A stretch of 63,822 nucleotides of DNA, filler included, from an uncultured Methanosarcinales archaeon (GTDB lineage: Archaea > Nanobdellota > Nanobdellia > Woesearchaeales > CAYSVS01): assembly GCA_964434475.1 (NCBI GenBank). It is 10 parts of 10 records of this genome, joined end to end, with 100 filler letters (N's around TTAATTAATTAA, not from the genome) between each part and the next. Parts side by side here need not be neighbours in the genome. Positions count along the whole stretch, not along the records: positions 49,067 to 54,821 come from CAYSVS010000069.1; positions 54,922 to 60,664 come from CAYSVS010000070.1; 8 more parts are not named here. One strand, given 5' to 3'. Under the pieces are notes generated by a model. It did no database searches and was not told the DNA's origin. It saw nothing but the letters and a program-made list of their open reading frames with translations. The translations under genes were made by a program, and so were the position numbers. Positions 50,732 to 60,530 of this stretch are shown in pieces (within the stretch, counting starts at the first letter, position 1; each line of letters begins with the position of its first letter).

Positions 50732-51583
50732 ATGAAATTTGTAAAAAAAATAAAACCAAAGTCAAAAAATGTAAAAGAACATTTCTTATTTACAGCTAAT
50801 GCTTTAAAGATTTTAAAACAAATTCCAGATAAAAGCATTACCTTAGTTGTAACAGATCCACCATATAATGTTGGATTGAAATATAATACTTACAATGATA
50901 AAAAAGAATGGTCTAAATATTATGAAGACATGGGTTTAGTTTTAAATGAAATTTATAGAATTTTAAAGGATGATGGAAGTTTATATTTGATTAATTATCC
51001 TGAAATTAATGCTAGAACTTTACCTTACTTAGATAATGCAAAATTAAAAATGAAACGATGGTTGACATGGCATTATCCAACAAACATAGGACATTCTAAA
51101 AAAAATTATACAAGAAGTCAAAGATCAATTTTGTTTTGTACAAAATCTGAAGATTACATATTTAACAAAGATGCAATTGTTCAACCCTATAAGAATCCAA
51201 ATGTTGGTAAAATAAAAAAGTTAATTGAAGCAGGGAAAAAAGGAAGAACACCATATGATACATTATCAATGGAAGATATTTTTGAAATGGATAAAATTCA
51301 AAATCCCGATGTTATTAATATAAATTTATTAAAAAATGTTTCAAAACATCGTGCAGGATCAAAAGATAAAACTGCAAAAGATCATCATCCTTGTCAGTTA
51401 CCTAGTTCACTAATTGAAGTTTTTATTAAAGCTAGTAGTAATGAAGGAGATATTGTTTTAGATTGTTTTGCAGGAACTTTTACAACTTCTGCTGCTGCAA
51501 AATTATTAAATAGAAAATCAATAGGTATCGAATTAGATCCTGAATACACTAAACTTGGTCTTGCGAGGTTGAAAAATGAGTAA
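50732..51583 (+). CDS. Beta-class N4-cytosine/N6-adenine DNA methyltransferase
   Basis: TDPPYN catalytic motif precedes HP.Q.P and VLDCFAGTFTT...GIE SAM-binding motif. Confidence 0.92.
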   Translation: MKFVKKIKPKSKNVKEHFLFTANALKILKQIPDKSITLVVTDPPYNVGLKYNTYNDKKEWSKYYEDMGLVLNEIYRILKDDGSLYLINYPEINARTLPYLDNAKLKMKRWLTWHYPTNIGHSKKNYTRSQRSILFCTKSEDYIFNKDAIVQPYKNPNVGKIKKLIEAGKKGRTPYDTLSMEDIFEMDKIQNPDVININLLKNVSKHRAGSKDKTAKDHHPCQLPSSLIEVFIKASSNEGDIVLDCFAGTFTTSAAAKLLNRKSIGIELDPEYTKLGLARLKNE

Positions 51584-53282
51584 AACAAAATATGAACCTA
51601 TTACTAATAAAGTAGGAGAAACTCAAAAAGGACAAATTAAGGTTCATAGTAGAATTATAAAAGATTTGAGTTCAGGTATTTATAGTTCTCCTGCGAGTTG
51701 TATCAAGGAATTAATAAACAACTCATATGACGCTGATGCTTCAAAAGTTGTTGTTAGAGTCAAACCACTAGATGAAACAATAACTATTTTAGATGATGGT
51801 ATTGGAATGAATGCTGTAGAATTTAATAATAGATTTGCTTGGATTAGTAAATCTTCTAAAAGAGGAGATAAAGGAGAAATAGAACTATCAACTATTTTTA
51901 AAAGACCTTTAATTGGAAAAATAGGAATAGGGTTTATTGCAGTTAGTGAAATTTGTGATGAACTTGAAGTGGAATCTAGTAAAAAAGGAGAGAATTTCAA
52001 ATTTATTGCCTCTATTAATTTTAAAAAGTATCTAACAGAAGATATAGAATTTGTTGATCCTGAAACTGGTGAAAAGGGTTTAGTAAAAGGAGAATACGAC
52101 ATTAAAAAAGAAGAAGAAGATAAGGAAGAACATTATACCTTAATCAGATTAAAAAAAATTAAAAAAAATGTTTTAAACATATTTGAAAACAAAAGAGAAT
52201 TATCACAAATAGCTAAAAATTTAGATAAAAAGAATTATGAAACAGAATCTTTTAATTCAATGTTAGAATTAGTTCAATTTAGGAAAGAAAGACAAAAAAA
52301 AATAAGAAACATAGAAAATGATAATGAATATTTAAAATTTATTTATGATTTGTCGTCATATCTTCCAATAGAGTATTTGGAAAATGGACCTATATCTGGA
52401 ATAAAAGATAAAATTATATCTGAAATAAAAAATCAAATTATAAAGTATAAATTTACAGTTGATTTCGATGGATTTTATTTGAAAAAACCTATTTTATTTA
52501 CAGAAGAAGATAGCCACATCAGAAAGGTATATTCATTTAAAGATGAGATTAAAAATACAGATGTAGATATAAAATTTAAAGGATATTTTTATATGCAACA
52601 TAGTTATATCTCTCCTAAAGAATTTAATGGAATTTCAATAAAAATAAAAGGAGTTCCAATTGCAAGAAGATATGGTTTTGAAACAACTTTTATGGACTAT
52701 CCTAATTCTGCAGACATCATTTTTAAAAGTTGGGTTTTTTGCGAGATATATATTGAAAAAGGACTTGAAAATGCTATGAATATTGATAGACATTCTTTTA
52801 GGGAAACACATCCTGAATACATGGCATTGCAAAATTATATTCATAAACTAATGAGAACAAAAATATTCTCGGAAATCGTGCAAAAAAAGATTTATGAGAA
52901 AAATCAAGAATTAAATGAAGAAAAAAAGATTGAAAAAAAGCAAGAAAGAATTGAAAAAATAAAAAAATCATCCTTAGTAACAATTAAATATGAAGAACCT
53001 GAAAAAATAGAAGAAAAAAAGAAAAATGTTTCAAAAACAGACACCAAATCTCCTCATACCAAAGAACAAAAAAACACATTCATTATTCCAAAAAAAGAAA
53101 CAGAATCAGAAAATAAGATTATTTTAAATAAAAAATATTTAGACTCATTTCCTAAAAAATACAGAGATATATTAGAAGAAGTATTGTTATCGTTTGAGAT
53201 TTCAATTAAAGAATCTAAAGGAGACATAGACAAACTTAAAAAAAAATTTTACGAGTTAGTTGAAAATTCTTTCAGGAGATAA
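51576..53282 (+). CDS. GHKL (MORC/Hsp90-like) ATPase
   Basis: IYS....KELINNSYDA, DDGIGM, GKIGIG, T.I.L, NIDR. Confidence 0.88.
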   Translation: MSKTKYEPITNKVGETQKGQIKVHSRIIKDLSSGIYSSPASCIKELINNSYDADASKVVVRVKPLDETITILDDGIGMNAVEFNNRFAWISKSSKRGDKGEIELSTIFKRPLIGKIGIGFIAVSEICDELEVESSKKGENFKFIASINFKKYLTEDIEFVDPETGEKGLVKGEYDIKKEEEDKEEHYTLIRLKKIKKNVLNIFENKRELSQIAKNLDKKNYETESFNSMLELVQFRKERQKKIRNIENDNEYLKFIYDLSSYLPIEYLENGPISGIKDKIISEIKNQIIKYKFTVDFDGFYLKKPILFTEEDSHIRKVYSFKDEIKNTDVDIKFKGYFYMQHSYISPKEFNGISIKIKGVPIARRYGFETTFMDYPNSADIIFKSWVFCEIYIEKGLENAMNIDRHSFRETHPEYMALQNYIHKLMRTKIFSEIVQKKIYEKNQELNEEKKIEKKQERIEKIKKSSLVTIKYEEPEKIEEKKKNVSKTDTKSPHTKEQKNTFIIPKKETESENKIILNKKYLDSFPKKYRDILEEVLLSFEISIKESKGDIDKLKKKFYELVENSFRR

Positions 53283-53284
53283 AA

Positions 53285-54154
53285 ATGACTAAATATATAA
53301 ATAACTCTTCTGAAAAAAACCATATAAGGGAAAAGTGGGTTGAATTTGCAAAATTAAATTATGATGATGAACATGAGTTTTCAATGATAGGATTAACAAC
53401 GGAAACATTAGATGATGTTAAATTATTTTCAGAACATAATTTATTTGATATTACTGAAACTGAAACAGGACAATTAAGATTTAATAAGGGAAAGTTTAAA
53501 TGTTTTGAAAGTGATGGCTCAACCTGCAGAAAATTAACGGAACTTTTACCTAATGAATTTGCAATTCATAGTGAAATAGGATTTGAAATAGGGAAAGAAT
53601 ATAATAAAGTTTTTGTAGAATTGCATCAGAGTAAAATATTTCCTTGTGATGTGATCAATCTTGATTTCACAGGTTCTATTTCCAATGTAACAAAGAGGAA
53701 TATATTAGAGGTTCTTAATTGGATTTTTAAAATTCAAAATAAATTTCAAAAAAATTTTTCATTATTTTTAACATTTGCAAATGCTAATGGAACAAATGAA
53801 GAAACCATATTTAATAAATTTGAAGAAATAATTCAAGAGAATATTTCTAATGCACATACAAATTTTAGAAATATGTTTGAAACTAAGTTTAATTCTTTAC
53901 AAAATATAAAAAGCAATCATAATCAATTTTTAGCAACAGGAATTTCTAAATATTTAGTTAAATTCTCATCAGAAAACAAATTTAATTTGAAAAAATATGA
54001 CTTTTATTATTATGAAAAAACGAGACATAATATGATTTCATTATTATTCAATTTTGAATTTTCTAATTTAACAATTCCTCAAATTGATATATATAAAGAA
54101 GATTGTTTGAAATGTTTAGATGACATTAAGAAGGTGACAACAAATGAGCAATAA
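53285..54154 (+). CDS. Hypothetical protein, possible SAM-methyltransferase-like Rossmann fold
   Basis: CFE and CDVINLDFTG, LFLT, YYY...M pattern; tightly coupled in the operon. Confidence 0.5.
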   Translation: MTKYINNSSEKNHIREKWVEFAKLNYDDEHEFSMIGLTTETLDDVKLFSEHNLFDITETETGQLRFNKGKFKCFESDGSTCRKLTELLPNEFAIHSEIGFEIGKEYNKVFVELHQSKIFPCDVINLDFTGSISNVTKRNILEVLNWIFKIQNKFQKNFSLFLTFANANGTNEETIFNKFEEIIQENISNAHTNFRNMFETKFNSLQNIKSNHNQFLATGISKYLVKFSSENKFNLKKYDFYYYEKTRHNMISLLFNFEFSNLTIPQIDIYKEDCLKCLDDIKKVTTNEQ

Positions 54155-54575
54155 TAAAATTTCAGGAGATTTTGGAGAACAAGAAGTTGTTGATTTAGTT
54201 CCTTGTCCTAATTGTAAAAAGAAATTAATGCTTTTACCAAAAAATTATCCTCTTTATGATTTACAATGTACTGGTTGTTCTTTTAGAGTTCAAGTTAAAA
54301 CTAATAATTCAAAACCAAAATCTGAAATATTTGGTGCAGGTTGGGAAATAATCGATAAAGTTTTGAAATCTGGTTTTATAATGCCCCCTTTAATTGCTAA
54401 TTTTAAATGGATCGAGAAAGGTATTGAACATCAAAAAATCATTTTTTATCCTTTTATACCTAAGTCTAATCTTAAGAAAAGACAATTATCATCTACTGCT
54501 AGAAGAGCAAACTATAAAATGTTTAATTATATTGGTCTAGATAAAATTCCAAGTTTTGTTTTATATGAAAAATAG
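54144..54575 (+). CDS. DpnI/Dam-replacing-family PD-(D/E)xK nuclease domain protein
   Basis: G.FGE, CPNC, N.P..DL.C..C...QVK, GA, KR.LS.TARRA; no C-terminal winged helix. Confidence 0.75.
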   Translation: MSNNKISGDFGEQEVVDLVPCPNCKKKLMLLPKNYPLYDLQCTGCSFRVQVKTNNSKPKSEIFGAGWEIIDKVLKSGFIMPPLIANFKWIEKGIEHQKIIFYPFIPKSNLKKRQLSSTARRANYKMFNYIGLDKIPSFVLYEK

Positions 54576-54750
54576 CTACTTCGCCTTTCTTCTTGTCCTT
54601 GATGTGTCGCATTCGCTCTTTCTTATCGGACTAAAATCCCCCGTCCTTCGGACATATAGACTCCCTTTGGTCGAAATAATATAAACTTAAACTAAACTCT
54701 TCGGTTTCCCTTCGGGACGTTGCACTAAACCTCGGTCTTGCAGACGCAAC

Positions 54751-54770
54751 TAACAAGGATCCCGACGTTA
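54751..54770. repeat. Miniature attC-like junction (reverse orientation) TAACAAGGATCCCGACGTTA
   Basis: Reverse complement TAACGTCGGGATCCTTGTTA, two substitutions from consensus. Confidence 0.8.
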
Positions 54771-54921
54771 GGCGTAATTTTTGTCCCACCTCGCAGAACT
54801 TTGTTCAGCTGATTTCTCAGANNNNNNNNNNNNNNNNNNNNNNNNNNNNNNNNNNNNNNNNNNNNTTAATTAATTAANNNNNNNNNNNNNNNNNNNNNNN
54901 NNNNNNNNNNNNNNNNNNNNN

Positions 54922-54975
54922 AAGTGTTCAACTACCTAATTTTTTCGGTTTTTAGAAAAATCTGCACAACTCCAG
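54922..54975. mobile_element. Multi-copy element end (putative IS terminus), identical to 60765-60817
   Basis: AGTGTTCAACTACCTAATTTTTTCGGTTTTTAGAAAAATCTGCACAACTCCAG at two contig starts with different right flanks. Confidence 0.7.
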
Positions 54976-55018
54976 AACTATAGAAACATTTATAAATGCC
55001 TATACCAAACTAAACTCT

Positions 55019-55915
55019 ATGAAACAAGTGATTAAATCTGCTGAAGAATCTGTAAGTAGAGTATTGGAATTTTAAAACGGTGTAGGAACACCTTTAAGCT
55101 ATCGTCCTAGACTCCAATATATTGATGGAATTTGTCCACAAAGACCTGACGCTTTGGCGATGATTAGAGAAGAATTTGAAACTTTAGATAAGTATTTTGA
55201 TTTCATTTCTCAAAATTTAGCAAGAACTATATGGAAAGATGCCTATGGAATAGACATAAGTGATGAAGCCATTGCAGAAGTTACAAGAACCCAAAAAGAT
55301 AAACTTGGAAATATTTTAATTCCACAAGAATTTGAGTCAGGAGCGGATGTTTTGATTTTCCAACCATACCGAAATCATAGTAAGGAACAGGAGGATGGGG
55401 ATGAAATTATTGTTCATGAGGTTTGGCATTTGATTGAAAAAGAAAGAGGTGTATTGCAAGCGCATCCATTTATCACGGAAGGAACTGCAACCTATGCAAT
55501 GAAAAGATTCAGAGGAAAAGGTTGTGATAAACCATTTGAAAAATTTGAGGATTTCTTTATGATGATGTATCTTGGAGCCGCGAATATTGTTCAGAATTAT
55601 GTGGGAAGTTCAGAAAATCCATATAGAACAATGCTCGATAGTCAAGTAAGGAGAAAAATTCAACAAGATATGTTAGGGAGAGTTAAACCTGTCTTAGTTG
55701 AAAGAGTTAAAAGGTCATTGGAAGATGAAGATAATCAAAAAGTGATGGCTCATATAATGCGACAAATTCCAGAATTTCAAGGATTAGAAGGATATTTAAC
55801 TGCTGAAGGAATCATGGAAGCTTATAGACAAATGGGAGCAACTAAATTAGCCGATGAGTTACAAGGGAAAGATTTAGAAGGTTTAATGTATTGGTTTAGG
55901 ATGGCAGGTTTTTAA
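55019..55915 (+). pseudogene. HExxH metallopeptidase-like gene with in-frame TAA at 55073-55075 (or intact from 55154/55160)
   Basis: TTTATAAA box about 25 bp before ATG 55019; frame continuous with ORF 55154-55915 except for one stop; VHEVWH...TEGTATY motif. Confidence 0.55.
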
Positions 55916-55987
55916 GACGCCCGCCCGTTTTCTATTAATTTCCCAAATCGGAGATTTGGACTATTGCGAGCCAACAAAAATTGGACT

Positions 55988-56007
55988 TAACATCAGGATC
56001 CTTGTTA
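55988..56007. repeat. Miniature attC-like junction
   Basis: TAACATCAGGATCCTTGTTA exact copy. Confidence 0.8.
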
Positions 56008-56076
56008 AACGTCCCTGACGAAGTGAGAGCGCAGCGTGGGTCGAGGCGAAGCCGAAGAAGTTTTTATTTTGGCACG

Positions 56077-56493
56077 TTAAAACATAGAAAGAACTTGAGA
56101 ATACTTTGATTTAATTTCTTCTAATTTTGCTTTAGTAATTTTGAAGTCTTCATCTTTCAATTCCCAGCAAAATTCAGTAACTGGTTCACCATCAAGACTT
56201 TCATCAAAGGATAAATAATTCATATCATCTCCACTTGGACCATAAAGAAATTCATAATCATAATGCGCTAAAAATTCTTGATATTCTTTGATATTCAAAT
56301 TATTATAATTGTCAATAATATAATTAATTACTTGGATTATGAATTTTATAATTCTTTGAGCAAATTCTTTATCTTCGGGAATTATTTCATCAGCATATTT
56401 TTTCCAATCATTCTGAATTTTGCTGTATTCTCTATTGATTTCATAATATTCATTCTCAAGTTCTTTAGGTAACTTAATCTTTAACATATACAT
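56077..56493 (-). CDS. Acidic hypothetical protein; cassette cargo
   Basis: Single ORF filling the space between junctions 55988 and 56551. Confidence 0.65.
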   Translation of the reverse strand: MYMLKIKLPKELENEYYEINREYSKIQNDWKKYADEIIPEDKEFAQRIIKFIIQVINYIIDNYNNLNIKEYQEFLAHYDYEFLYGPSGDDMNYLSFDESLDGEPVTEFCWELKDEDFKITKAKLEEIKSKYSQVLSMF

Positions 56494-56550
56494 AGTAGAA
56501 TAAGTTGAATCTTAAAAAAGTATCGAAAGTGCTGAAATAAAAATTGCAAT

Positions 56551-56568
56551 TAACATCGCGCGCTGTTA
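56551..56568. repeat. Miniature attC-like junction variant TAACATCGCGCGCTGTTA
   Basis: Conserved TAACATC and TGTTA ends with a different self-complementary core. Confidence 0.75.
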
Positions 56569-56699
56569 GTTTCGTCTGACCTATTGGAAGACCTAAAATT
56601 TAATGCAACGTCCCGAAGGGAAATTTTTGAGTTTTCATAATCGCCGTCCATCCAAAAAACGAAGTGATACATCATGACAAAGAATGAAGGGGCAAAAGC

Positions 56700-57365
56700 T
56701 TATTTTTTCTGAAATAGATAAAATATAAATTGGTATGGTTTTACTTTGGAAGAATCAAAGTATTTGATTCTATCTACGGGTTTAAAGCTCAGTTTGTCAA
56801 GTAACTTTTCATCGTTAACAATATCAATTAGATGTTGTGTGCTCCTATCTACCCTAGAATCTATTTTTTTCATTTCTACAACTTGATCAAAATATTCATT
56901 AGCTAAATAAAATCCGCCTGGTTTTAGTACTCGACCAATTTCTCTAAGTGCTTGAGTGTAGTTTATGCTAAAATTATCAAAAGTCATTTCATTAGAATGA
57001 ACTACATCAAAGAAATTGGATTCAAAATCCATTTGTTCAACCGAACCAACTACTTTATGAACTCTTGGATATTCATCATGTTCAAAATTTTTTGGATCTT
57101 GATCTAATGAATATAAGTTTTCAGGCTTTAAACCATAATAAAGTAGACCTTTACAAAAAACAGAACCTAAACCACATCCAACATCTAAAACAACTTTATC
57201 TTTTACATTCTGAATCAAGTTTTTAAGGAGTGGATGAATTGGTTGAATTACATTATATTTTTGTTCTTCTAAATACATTTGTAATATGCCTGGGTCAGGA
57301 CTATTTCTATGAAAACTTGACAATTCATCTTGATCTTGACCACTTGGTGAATTTTTAGCAACCAT
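56700..57365 (-). CDS. Class I SAM-dependent methyltransferase; cassette cargo
   Basis: VLDVGCGLG, FDVV, ALREIGRVLKPGG. Confidence 0.9.
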   Translation of the reverse strand: MVAKNSPSGQDQDELSSFHRNSPDPGILQMYLEEQKYNVIQPIHPLLKNLIQNVKDKVVLDVGCGLGSVFCKGLLYYGLKPENLYSLDQDPKNFEHDEYPRVHKVVGSVEQMDFESNFFDVVHSNEMTFDNFSINYTQALREIGRVLKPGGFYLANEYFDQVVEMKKIDSRVDRSTQHLIDIVNDEKLLDKLSFKPVDRIKYFDSSKVKPYQFIFYLFQKK

Positions 57366-57438
57366 ATTTTAAAGTAACATGTGGAATGTTATAAAGCTTT
57401 TGCCCCATTTACATTTAGGCGATTACGAAAATTGAAAC

Positions 57439-57458
57439 TAACATCAGGATCCTTGTTA
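57439..57458. repeat. Miniature attC-like junction
   Basis: TAACATCAGGATCCTTGTTA exact copy. Confidence 0.8.
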
Positions 57459-57674
57459 AACTCTCCGTTAGGATTGATTTTTAGTGCAACGTTCCGAAGG
57501 AAAAAATCAAAGTCGAGAAAGAGGGCGTTCTATCGAATGAGCGAATGCGATATATAAAAATAAACATATATGGGTGAAATAAGAGATATCTAGTTTTTCA
57601 TATTATGAGTTTAGTTTTTAATTTATATTACTTATATCCTTAGATTTATAAATTAGTTTTTATTTCCTAAATAA

Positions 57675-58541
57675 ATGAGTAGTAAAATTAAATATGGACC
57701 TCATTTATTTCCAGGTGGTCCATTATATTATATTCAATCTGAAAAAAAATATATTCAGAAAGTACATAATGAAATCATGCTTAGTTTTGCAATTGCACTA
57801 AATGAAAATGAAAATGGTTCTATAGCTCAACAAATTAAAATAAGAGATTCTGATAGATTGCAATTATCCTTTATGAATTATGGAAATACAGAACTAGTTT
57901 ACTTGCTTAATATTAATAAACAAAAATATACTCTTTTGATTAATCCACCGCATATGGATAAAACAGTTATAAAAAATCAGTTTCAAAATCTTCGTCGACT
58001 TCATAATAATGATTCAAGATTTATTGTTAATGCACATTCTTTTTTTGAAAATGAAAAATATGCTATGTATCTTACAGAATATATAGACAATGCCTTGTGC
58101 GTTGGAAATGAAGAACCCAATGTGCTTGGAGTTTGGAATCCACTCCCTCATTATCATTTTGAAGAATTTAATAGAGAAACAAGCGATTTAGTTAATATAT
58201 CTAGAATTGCACATATTGTGAATTTATATGATGATCTAAATCAAATAGGGATTTCCAAAACTCAAATTAGTGGAAATGATTTTATGTTAACACAAAACAC
58301 TGATTTTCAAGATTTACAGTCAATTATTGATAATACACGAATAATTGGCGCAAGAGACTCTATTTCTATACCTTTTGAACATTATATTGAATTATTAAGA
58401 GAAGAGTTTCAAGTCGCTACCTCAAGAACAGATATTGATGTTCTAGAAGGAAGACTGAAAATAAATCATCATTCGAAAATGCCAATTTCAAAAGATATAA
58501 TTAATGAAGGTATAGAACAAGGATACATGTTAAGAAAGTAA
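57675..58541 (+). CDS. Hypothetical protein, possibly a divergent kinase-like fold; cassette cargo
   Basis: G..ELVY, YLTEYI, GNDF patterns give a weak resemblance only. Confidence 0.55.
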   Translation: MSSKIKYGPHLFPGGPLYYIQSEKKYIQKVHNEIMLSFAIALNENENGSIAQQIKIRDSDRLQLSFMNYGNTELVYLLNINKQKYTLLINPPHMDKTVIKNQFQNLRRLHNNDSRFIVNAHSFFENEKYAMYLTEYIDNALCVGNEEPNVLGVWNPLPHYHFEEFNRETSDLVNISRIAHIVNLYDDLNQIGISKTQISGNDFMLTQNTDFQDLQSIIDNTRIIGARDSISIPFEHYIELLREEFQVATSRTDIDVLEGRLKINHHSKMPISKDIINEGIEQGYMLRK

Positions 58542-58753
58542 ATATTAATAAAATCATTCTTAAATGTATAATATGTCTGTTAAACGTCCCGAACGAAGTG
58601 AGAGCGCAGCGTGGGTCGAGGAATTTTGAAAAAATTCCGAAGAAGTTCAGAAAAGACTTTGCTATCGAGCGAACAAAGTGAGCCATCAAGCAAATACATC
58701 AAGAGCCCCATTCCACAAGAACATTTATATATTTATTTAAATAATTTAATCAT

Positions 58754-59554
58754 ATGCAGAACTCAAATAAATTATGGTATCGATCAAGAGGGTTAGAGAT
58801 ACTAGAATCTAGATTTGGTAATAACTCCATTCAAAATTTTATTGAGAAGAAGTCGATTCATCAAAATGAATTTAGAATACTTGAAATTGGTTTTGGTGAA
58901 GGTAAGTGCCTGATTGAACTTAGGAAAAAATATCCTAACAAAAATATATTATTATATGGCATTAATGACAAAAAGAAAGGCAATATGCATTCTAAAATAG
59001 ATTTTTATAATAATGCTGAAAAATTTGGCCATCCAATTCTAAAAACCAACTTACCAAAGCCATTCTTTTATGATGTTGGAAAAGGTCTCAAATTTGAAAA
59101 TAATTATTTTGATTTGATTATTAGTCAGGTTTGTATTCCATATATTGATAATAAAGCATTTTTATTTGAAGAAATCTGGCGAGTCTTGAAAAAGAATGGA
59201 AAAGCTTTCTTACAAATAGATTCTGAAACTAAAGAAGGATATCCTGATTTCATGAAATTATGTAAAGATACTCCTCGGATGGTAATCTATCAAAATGATA
59301 AAATTATTCCAACAAAAAAAATATTTGATGTTGCTAAAAAGCAAGGATATAATATTAATTTTTCTAGGCAAAAAAATAAGAACGAAAGTTTTATTATTAC
59401 AATGGAGAAAAATCTTAACAAGAAACTAAATTTTAATTTGCTTTTTGATGGCAATTCAACATTATATCTCACCAAGTTAAAGGATACAGACGAGTATAAA
59501 AAACAAAGTGGGGTTTGGTGGGGTACAAGAAGTGTTTTTAAGGTTAAAAAATGA
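58754..59554 (+). CDS. Class I SAM-dependent methyltransferase; cassette cargo
   Basis: ILEIGFGEG, FDLIISQ, EEIWRVLKKNG. Confidence 0.88.
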   Translation: MQNSNKLWYRSRGLEILESRFGNNSIQNFIEKKSIHQNEFRILEIGFGEGKCLIELRKKYPNKNILLYGINDKKKGNMHSKIDFYNNAEKFGHPILKTNLPKPFFYDVGKGLKFENNYFDLIISQVCIPYIDNKAFLFEEIWRVLKKNGKAFLQIDSETKEGYPDFMKLCKDTPRMVIYQNDKIIPTKKIFDVAKKQGYNINFSRQKNKNESFIITMEKNLNKKLNFNLLFDGNSTLYLTKLKDTDEYKKQSGVWWGTRSVFKVKK

Positions 59555-60396
59555 CAGAAAAATTAATACAACAAATACTGAAGGATAATCCCTTTTCAGA
59601 TTTTTTAAAGATTAAAGAGATAAAATCATTAGCAGGACATGGCGCAATTTCTGGAGAATCGTATCTAGTTATAGATGAACATAACAAAAAGTATAAATTA
59701 AGGTTATGTTCAAAAACTAAACAAGCAAAACGAATTGAAAGAAATGTCAAAATATTACCTTATGCATTCCCTAAATTTTATGGCAGAGAAAATAACTATG
59801 TTCTATTTGAATGGGTTGATGGTGATCTTTTTTATGATGTTCTATCTAAACCAATTCCTAATGAAGTTTACTATCAAATGGGAAAACTTGTTGGAGAAGC
59901 TCATGAATTAAATGATATTGATGAATCTAAATCCGCCGATTCATTTTTTGATTCTATGATTAGAAATATTTGTGATGGAGAACAAATTGATAAATCTTTT
60001 ATTGATAAAATTACTAGAAAATATAAAGAGTTAAGACATAAACTAAAAATTGACATAGTCTTAGAAATTAACGATATTCATCCTAGAAACTTCATAATCA
60101 AGAATCGAACAAATCCCAAAAAAACAAAAATTTACTTCGTTGATGAAGATGGTTTTGGGCATAAAATAAAAGGTTTAGGACTGGCAAAACCCTTTTTTAT
60201 TGAAGGTTTAATTAAAACGAAAAAGCAAAAAGATTCTTTTTGGCGAGGTTATAATGAACATCACAGTAATGATTACTTTGACAAAGATTATCAAACATTT
60301 GTGACATTTGTCCAGATTGTTCGTTCAATGGCAGCAAGATCTAGAAACAATAAAGATATATCTGATTTAATAATTATGATAAAAAAATACATCTAG
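59551..60396 (+). CDS. APH/choline-kinase-like phosphotransferase; cassette cargo
   Basis: YKLR, FEWVDG, GKLVGEAH, DIHPRNF (Brenner motif), VDED. Confidence 0.8.
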   Translation: MTEKLIQQILKDNPFSDFLKIKEIKSLAGHGAISGESYLVIDEHNKKYKLRLCSKTKQAKRIERNVKILPYAFPKFYGRENNYVLFEWVDGDLFYDVLSKPIPNEVYYQMGKLVGEAHELNDIDESKSADSFFDSMIRNICDGEQIDKSFIDKITRKYKELRHKLKIDIVLEINDIHPRNFIIKNRTNPKKTKIYFVDEDGFGHKIKGLGLAKPFFIEGLIKTKKQKDSFWRGYNEHHSNDYFDKDYQTFVTFVQIVRSMAARSRNNKDISDLIIMIKKYI

Positions 60397-60444
60397 TGGA
60401 ATGGGGCTCCTTCTAAAAATTAAAAGTCTTTTTTGAATTGAGTT

Positions 60445-60464
60445 TAACATCGGGATCGCTGTTA
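60445..60464. repeat. Miniature attC-like junction variant TAACATCGGGATCGCTGTTA
   Basis: Conserved ends, variant core. Confidence 0.75.
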
Positions 60465-60530
60465 TATTTCCCGAAGGGAAATTTCAGAGTTCTTTAAAAT
60501 GCGACAAAGAATAAATTTATGGGCTGGGCG

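Noticed and set aside
55073..55075. Alternative genetic code (stop-codon readthrough)
   Set aside because: TAA, TAG and TGA all end conserved genes normally elsewhere in the window. This is an isolated case.
36444..60464. The 20-bp junction repeat as a CRISPR repeat
   Set aside because: Copies are separated by 0.4-4 kb of genes, not by 30-40 bp spacers, and no cas genes are present.
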